Assembly (NCBI GenBank): GCA_000991645.1
Contig: LBRX01000002.1
Coordinates: 1-44,311 of the forward strand
Direction: 5' to 3'
Source: Candidatus Moranbacteria bacterium GW2011_GWE2_36_40
Lineage (GTDB): Bacteria; Patescibacteriota; Minisyncoccia; Moranbacterales; GWC2-37-73
Length of the DNA: 44,311 nucleotides
Shown here: piece by piece, positions 39,761 to 44,311 of the stretch
How the letters are laid out: every line of letters starts with the position of its first letter
How positions within the stretch are numbered: position 1 is the first letter of the stretch
The notes under the pieces: generated by a model
Seen by the model: only the letters and a program-made list of their open reading frames with translations
The model's database searches: none
Told to the model about the DNA's origin: nothing
Translations under genes and position numbers: made by a program

Positions 39761-42659
39761 AAAAGTTGATCCAAAACAGAGCTTGCCAGAAATGGAAAAA
39801 GAAATTTTGAAATTTTGGGAGAAAGAAAAAATATTTGAAAAATCGCTGGATATTCGTAAAGATAATCAAGAGTATTCTTTTTTTGATGGACCTCCTTTTG
39901 CAACAGGCACGCCGCATTATGGCCATTTGGTTGGCTCAACAATGAAAGATGTGGTGCCGCGTTATTGGACGATGCGTGGATTTCATGTGGAAAGAAAATG
40001 GGGATGGGATTGCCATGGACTTCCAATTGAAAATATTGTGGAAAAAGAACTTGGCTCAAAAGCAAAGAGTGATATTGAAAAAATGGGAATTGAAAAGTTT
40101 AATGAGCTTTGTCGCTCAAAGGTTCTTAAATATGTTGATGAATGGAAGGTTGTAATAAATCGCTTGGGGCGCTGGGCTGACATGGACAATGCCTACAGGA
40201 CAATGGATCTTTCATATATGGAATCGGTATGGTGGGTTTTTAAGGAGCTTTGGGATAAGGGTCTGATTTATGAAGGATATCGCTCAATGCACGTTTGTCC
40301 GCGCTGCGAAACCACTCTTTCTCAAATGGAAGTTAGTGAGGGATATCAAGACATAAAAGATTTATCGGTAACTGCAAAGTTTGAATTGATGGATGAACCT
40401 GGCGTGTACGTTTTGGCTTGGACGACCACTCCATGGACGTTAATTGGGAATGTAGCATTGGCTGTAAATCCTGAAATTGAATATGTCTACGTGGAGATGG
40501 TTAATATTGAAAATGATGGAGAATTTAGGGAGGAAGTTTTTGTGGTGGCAAAAAATCGCGTTGCTGATTTGTTTAAAGATAAAAAGATTGAAATTGTGAG
40601 GACAATTTTTGGTAGGGATTTGATCGGAAAAAAGTATAAACCTCTTTTTGAATATTATGCTAAGCCAGAGTTGGAAAATTTTTCCAATGGATGGCAAGTG
40701 GTTGGTGGAGATTTTGTTGGCGCTGAAGATGGAACAGGAGTTGTTCATATTGCACCAGCTTTTGGTGAGGACGATTTGAATCTTGGTAAAGAAAAGGATC
40801 TGCCATTTGTGCAGCATGTTGGGATGGATGGCATAATCAAGTCAGGCGCAGGAGAGTTTTCAGGGTTAAGCGTCAAGCCAGCAGGAGATCATACTTCGAC
40901 TGATGTTGAAATAATAAAACATCTTGCCAAAATTGAGAGACTTTTTGCTAAATCAAAATATGAACATAGTTATCCTCATTGCTGGAGATGCGATACTCCT
41001 CTTATAAACTACGCAACTTCTTCTTGGTTTGTGAATGTTGCTGACATTAAGCCTAAAGCACTTGAATTAGCAAAAGAAATAAATTGGTCCCCGGAAAATA
41101 TTAAAGAAGGTCGTTTTGGAAAATGGCTGGAAGGTGCGCGTGATTGGTCAATTTCTCGTCAGCGATTTTGGGCCTCTGTTATTCCTGTTTGGCGTTGTGA
41201 ATGTGGAGAGGTGAAAGTTTTTGGATCAGTTTCCGAGCTCGAACAAGCAAGTAATCAAAAAATAGAGGATATTCATAAACATGTGGTGGACAAAATTCTT
41301 GTTGACTGTGTTGAATGCGGAAAGCAGATGAAAAGAGTTCCAGATGTGTTGGATACATGGTTTGATTCAGGTTCAATGCCATATGCGCAGCAGCATTATC
41401 CTTTTGAAAATGGTGAAAAATTTGAAAAAAGTTTTCCAGCTGAATTTATTGCAGAAGGTGTGGATCAAACACGCGCTTGGTTTTATTATCAACATATTAT
41501 TGCAAGTGCTATTAAAAAATCCGTGGCTTTTAAAAATGTGATTGTGAATGGAACAGTTTTGGCAGAAGATGGAAAAAAAATGAGCAAACGTCTTTCCAAT
41601 TATCCTGATCCAATGTTGATGTTTGATAAATATGGAGCTGATTCAATAAGATTTTATTTGATGAGTTCTCCTGTGGTGGCCGCACAAAACTTGAATTTTT
41701 CAGAAAAAGATGTTGCTGAGTTTACTCGTGGTCCAATGAGGATGCTTTGGAATTCGTATTCCTTTTTCGTGCTATACGCAAATATTGATCAATGGAAACA
41801 CACTGATTATTTCAAGCATTCAGTTGCTTCCAATTTGCTTGATAGATGGATTCTCTCAGAGCTTAATACTCTTATTGTTTCAGTGCATGATGGAATGGAA
41901 AATTATAAATTGCATCAAGCAGCACGTTCTTTTCCAAAATTCATTGACGATCTTTCCAACTGGTACGTGCGTAGAAGCAGAAAGCGTTTTTGGAAAAGTG
42001 AAAACGATGTTGATAAAAATGAAGCATATGCAACTTTGCATCATGTGTTGGTAAATTTGTCAAAAATGATGGCTCCGTTCGCACCTTTTATTAGTGAAGA
42101 AATCTATAAAAATCTTACTGGGAAAGAATCTGTGCATCTTGCTGATCTGCCAACAGGTGATCGTCATCATGTGGATGAGTTTTTGAATGACAAAATGCGC
42201 AGCGTGCGAGAAATTGTGACTCATGGTTTGCAACTTCGCTCCCAAGCAAAAATTAAAGTTCGTCAGCCATTGTCCAAGGTTACAGTCAAGGAAGTCTTTG
42301 AAGATGAATTGGTGGAGATAATTAAGGATGAACTTAATGTTAAAGAAGTTTGTGTTGATGCTGAACAAGAGGATAGAATTTTGCTTGAAACTGAAATAAC
42401 CGAAGAATTAGCATTGGAAGGGGTGGCTCGTGAAATTGTGCGGCACATTCAAGAGATGCGCAAAGAGGCAGGCTATGATGTTGACAATCACATCAAAGTG
42501 TGCTATAATGGACAATCGGATGTGTTTGAAAAATTTGGTGACCTTATTGCTAAAGAAACGCTTTCCGATGCCATTTACAAGGAAATCTCTGAAGATGGTG
42601 ATTTGATAAAAACAATCGTGCTTGATGGAAATGAATTTTTAATTTCCATCAAAAGATGA
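39753..42659 (+). CDS. ileS: Isoleucine-tRNA ligase, type 2
   Basis: DGPPFATGTPHYGH, GWDCHGLP, WTTTPWT, KMSKR, and type-2 C-terminal REIVRHIQEMRK. Confidence 0.98.
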   Translation: MFKKVDPKQSLPEMEKEILKFWEKEKIFEKSLDIRKDNQEYSFFDGPPFATGTPHYGHLVGSTMKDVVPRYWTMRGFHVERKWGWDCHGLPIENIVEKELGSKAKSDIEKMGIEKFNELCRSKVLKYVDEWKVVINRLGRWADMDNAYRTMDLSYMESVWWVFKELWDKGLIYEGYRSMHVCPRCETTLSQMEVSEGYQDIKDLSVTAKFELMDEPGVYVLAWTTTPWTLIGNVALAVNPEIEYVYVEMVNIENDGEFREEVFVVAKNRVADLFKDKKIEIVRTIFGRDLIGKKYKPLFEYYAKPELENFSNGWQVVGGDFVGAEDGTGVVHIAPAFGEDDLNLGKEKDLPFVQHVGMDGIIKSGAGEFSGLSVKPAGDHTSTDVEIIKHLAKIERLFAKSKYEHSYPHCWRCDTPLINYATSSWFVNVADIKPKALELAKEINWSPENIKEGRFGKWLEGARDWSISRQRFWASVIPVWRCECGEVKVFGSVSELEQASNQKIEDIHKHVVDKILVDCVECGKQMKRVPDVLDTWFDSGSMPYAQQHYPFENGEKFEKSFPAEFIAEGVDQTRAWFYYQHIIASAIKKSVAFKNVIVNGTVLAEDGKKMSKRLSNYPDPMLMFDKYGADSIRFYLMSSPVVAAQNLNFSEKDVAEFTRGPMRMLWNSYSFFVLYANIDQWKHTDYFKHSVASNLLDRWILSELNTLIVSVHDGMENYKLHQAARSFPKFIDDLSNWYVRRSRKRFWKSENDVDKNEAYATLHHVLVNLSKMMAPFAPFISEEIYKNLTGKESVHLADLPTGDRHHVDEFLNDKMRSVREIVTHGLQLRSQAKIKVRQPLSKVTVKEVFEDELVEIIKDELNVKEVCVDAEQEDRILLETEITEELALEGVAREIVRHIQEMRKEAGYDVDNHIKVCYNGQSDVFEKFGDLIAKETLSDAIYKEISEDGDLIKTIVLDGNEFLISIKR

Positions 42660-42748
42660 TAAAATAAATCCATAAAGATAGTTCTTTTTGGATATTAGAA
42701 GGGGAAATTCAACCATGCCTGGAAAAACCAGGAGAAAGGAAGTGAAAA

Positions 42749-43021
42749 ATGAAATATGCAAATGCAGTAGGAGTCAAAAGGCAGGGAAGGCTTGGCGATA
42801 TAGTAGCTTCTCTGGAAAGAATTTCGGAGATATTCTTTCTGATTGTTCTTTCTATTGCAATGATTGCTGTGTATTTTTTTGTCGGCACATTTCTTTTTGA
42901 TCATGTTGTTTTGGTCAAAAAAGGCTTGCTTGCACTTTTCGCCTTCTTTCTTTTTCTCTTTTTTTTAAATTCGCTTACGCAAGATTTTTTTAGTGAGCGT
43001 GAGCAAATTTACTGGGAGTGA
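42749..43021 (+). CDS. Small two-TM orphan protein
   Basis: Purine-rich SD-like leader, two hydrophobic helices, terminator follows. Confidence 0.55.
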   Translation: MKYANAVGVKRQGRLGDIVASLERISEIFFLIVLSIAMIAVYFFVGTFLFDHVVLVKKGLLALFAFFLFLFFLNSLTQDFFSEREQIYWE

Positions 43022-43044
43022 TTTGATTTTTCCAAAATTTTTTT

Positions 43045-43076
43045 GGTTACCGGCAACTTGTCGGTAACCTTTTTTT
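43045..43076 (+). terminator. Intrinsic terminator
   Basis: GGTTACCGGCAA C TTGTCGGTAACC TTTTTTT. Confidence 0.75.
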
Positions 43077-43121
43077 ATTTTCCACAAACATGGTTATACA
43101 CGACGTATGGTTTGTTAGTTG

Positions 43122-43238
43122 GCTTTTGATTTGCTTGTTTCCTTTTTCGGCACGCTCTTGGTCAAAATTCATGGCCAATCGCTCTTAATTTCCTGTCGTC
43201 ATTAAACGGCCTCGAAAGAAAACAGCCAAATCAAAAGC
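43122..43238. mobile_element. MITE-like IR element
   Basis: GCTTTTGATTTG...CAAATCAAAAGC perfect 12-bp termini, with imperfect pairing further inward. Confidence 0.5.
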
Positions 43239-43264
43239 TGGGAGTTATTTTTTGAAACCAGATA

Positions 43265-43294
43265 TTGCGCAGGACCCAACAAGCACCCTATAAT
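43265..43294 (+). promoter_or_regulatory. recO promoter (leaderless geometry)
   Basis: TTGCGC-18-TATAAT-6 nt-ATG. Confidence 0.5.
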
Positions 43295-43300
43295 GAAAAG

Positions 43301-44023
43301 ATGGAATATAAATACACTGGCATTATTTTAAATAAGCGTGATGCGGGAGAAACTGACAGGATTTGCACAATCTATACTCTTGAAGGTGGCAAAATTCGTT
43401 CATTGGCTAAAGGTGTTCGCAAAGCTCAGGCCAAACTGGCTGCTTCATTGGAAAATATCACTTTGGCTGATATCACAATTGTTAGAGCTAGAGGTTTAGG
43501 TAAGATAACAGGTTCTATTGTGGAAAATAATTTTTCTTTTCTTAAACAAGATATTGATGCATTGACGGAAGCTTTTGGAGGACTAGCCATCTTTGATAAA
43601 ATGGTTGACTATGAACATCCTGATGATGCAGTGTTTGTCTTGCTCAAGGAATATCTTGAGGCGGTTGAAATTGCTGCCGTGGAAAAATTGTCGGAAAAAC
43701 AAATTTTGTTGCGGCTTGGTTTTACAATAAAATTATTGGATTCTCTTGGCTATGCGCTTGAGGTTGATAAGTGTGTTGCTTGCGGGGGAAAATTAAACGA
43801 AAAATCAATTTCTTTTAATTCTCGCTCTGGCGGTGTTTTGTGTGGAAATTGTCCTTCGCAGCATGATGATTCCCTGAGTTTGCCCATAAGCTCTAATGCT
43901 ATAAAAATGATAAGATTATTTTTGGCAAACAATATGGCCACACTTGGAAAAATAAAAGCTTCTCGTCAGGATTATGACAGTGTTCGTTTGGTGGTGGATG
44001 ACTTTTTGAGATGGACACTATAA
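43301..44023 (+). CDS. recO: DNA repair protein RecO
   Basis: GIILN..GETDRI..YT..GKI..AKGVRK, CxxC..CxxC Zn finger; ATG 43301. Confidence 0.95.
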   Translation: MEYKYTGIILNKRDAGETDRICTIYTLEGGKIRSLAKGVRKAQAKLAASLENITLADITIVRARGLGKITGSIVENNFSFLKQDIDALTEAFGGLAIFDKMVDYEHPDDAVFVLLKEYLEAVEIAAVEKLSEKQILLRLGFTIKLLDSLGYALEVDKCVACGGKLNEKSISFNSRSGGVLCGNCPSQHDDSLSLPISSNAIKMIRLFLANNMATLGKIKASRQDYDSVRLVVDDFLRWTL

Positions 44024-44024
44024 A

Positions 44025-44162
44025 AATTTTTAATTTTCAATTTTTAATTTCTAAACAATCCGCCAGCTGGCGAACTAGTGACTTAACTTTAAAATTTTTA
44101 AAAAATTGATGCATTGGAACATTGAGATTTGTTTGAAAATTGAAAATTGTGAATTGTAAATT
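44025..44162. repeat. Inverted heptamer array with nested family-E half site
   Basis: AATTTT(C/T) units...TCCGCCAGCTGGCG...GAAAATT units. Confidence 0.75.
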
Positions 44163-44277
44163 ATTGATAACGTTATTTTGAAAAAGCTTTATTTTATAGT
44201 ATAATAATAATAAATTGAACTGGTCTAAAGTAATCATAGATTTTTCCCGAATATTGACCGAAAGTTAATCATAGAAA

Positions 44278-44311
44278 ATGCCAGATAATGAAATCCTAGA
44301 AAAGTGCATTG
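44278..44311 (+). CDS. Start of a gene truncated by the window edge (possibly glycyl-tRNA ligase)
   Basis: MPDNEILEKCI...; product guessed only from the common recO-glyRS neighbourhood. Confidence 0.3.
   Translation, partial: MPDNEILEKCI

Noticed and set aside
1-44311. Numerous 60-170 aa antisense or alternate-frame ORFs overlapping large genes
   Set aside because: Shadows of conserved genes with no motifs or initiation signals.
1-44311. Alternative genetic code (TGA=Gly)
   Set aside because: Conserved genes are open under the standard code, and ileS ends plausibly at TGA.
1-44311. tRNA, rRNA, transposase or integrase genes
   Set aside because: No recognisable cloverleaf, rRNA sequence or DDE/HUH/tyrosine recombinase ORF.

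Overview
AT-rich bacterial chromosomal segment. Gene content and protein style (short UvrC, type-2 IleRS, SD-less core genes) point to Patescibacteria/CPR (Parcubacteria-like); this assignment is an inference. Core genes: rpoB-rpoC, lexA, ftsK, a RodZ-like HTH protein, recA, rpsF-ssb-rpsR-efp (minus strand), uvrB, two uvrA paralogs, uvrC, a copper locus (HMA/DsbD-like/cupredoxin protein plus CopA), rsmI, a frameshifted argS, a GT4 glycosyltransferase, ileS and recO. Accessory genes: a zeta-toxin-like kinase with an unannotated 59-aa overlapping partner, and several small orphans. The most striking signal is a dense set of at least 7 families of short palindromic (REP/RPE-like) elements plus inverted 7/8-mer arrays. 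They fill many intergenic gaps, nest inside one another, and are inserted in frame inside uvrC (six or more), uvrA, argS, copA and others. One out-of-frame copy interrupts a relic uvrB 5' end lying just upstream of the intact uvrB. No transposase, CRISPR array, tRNA or rRNA was seen.
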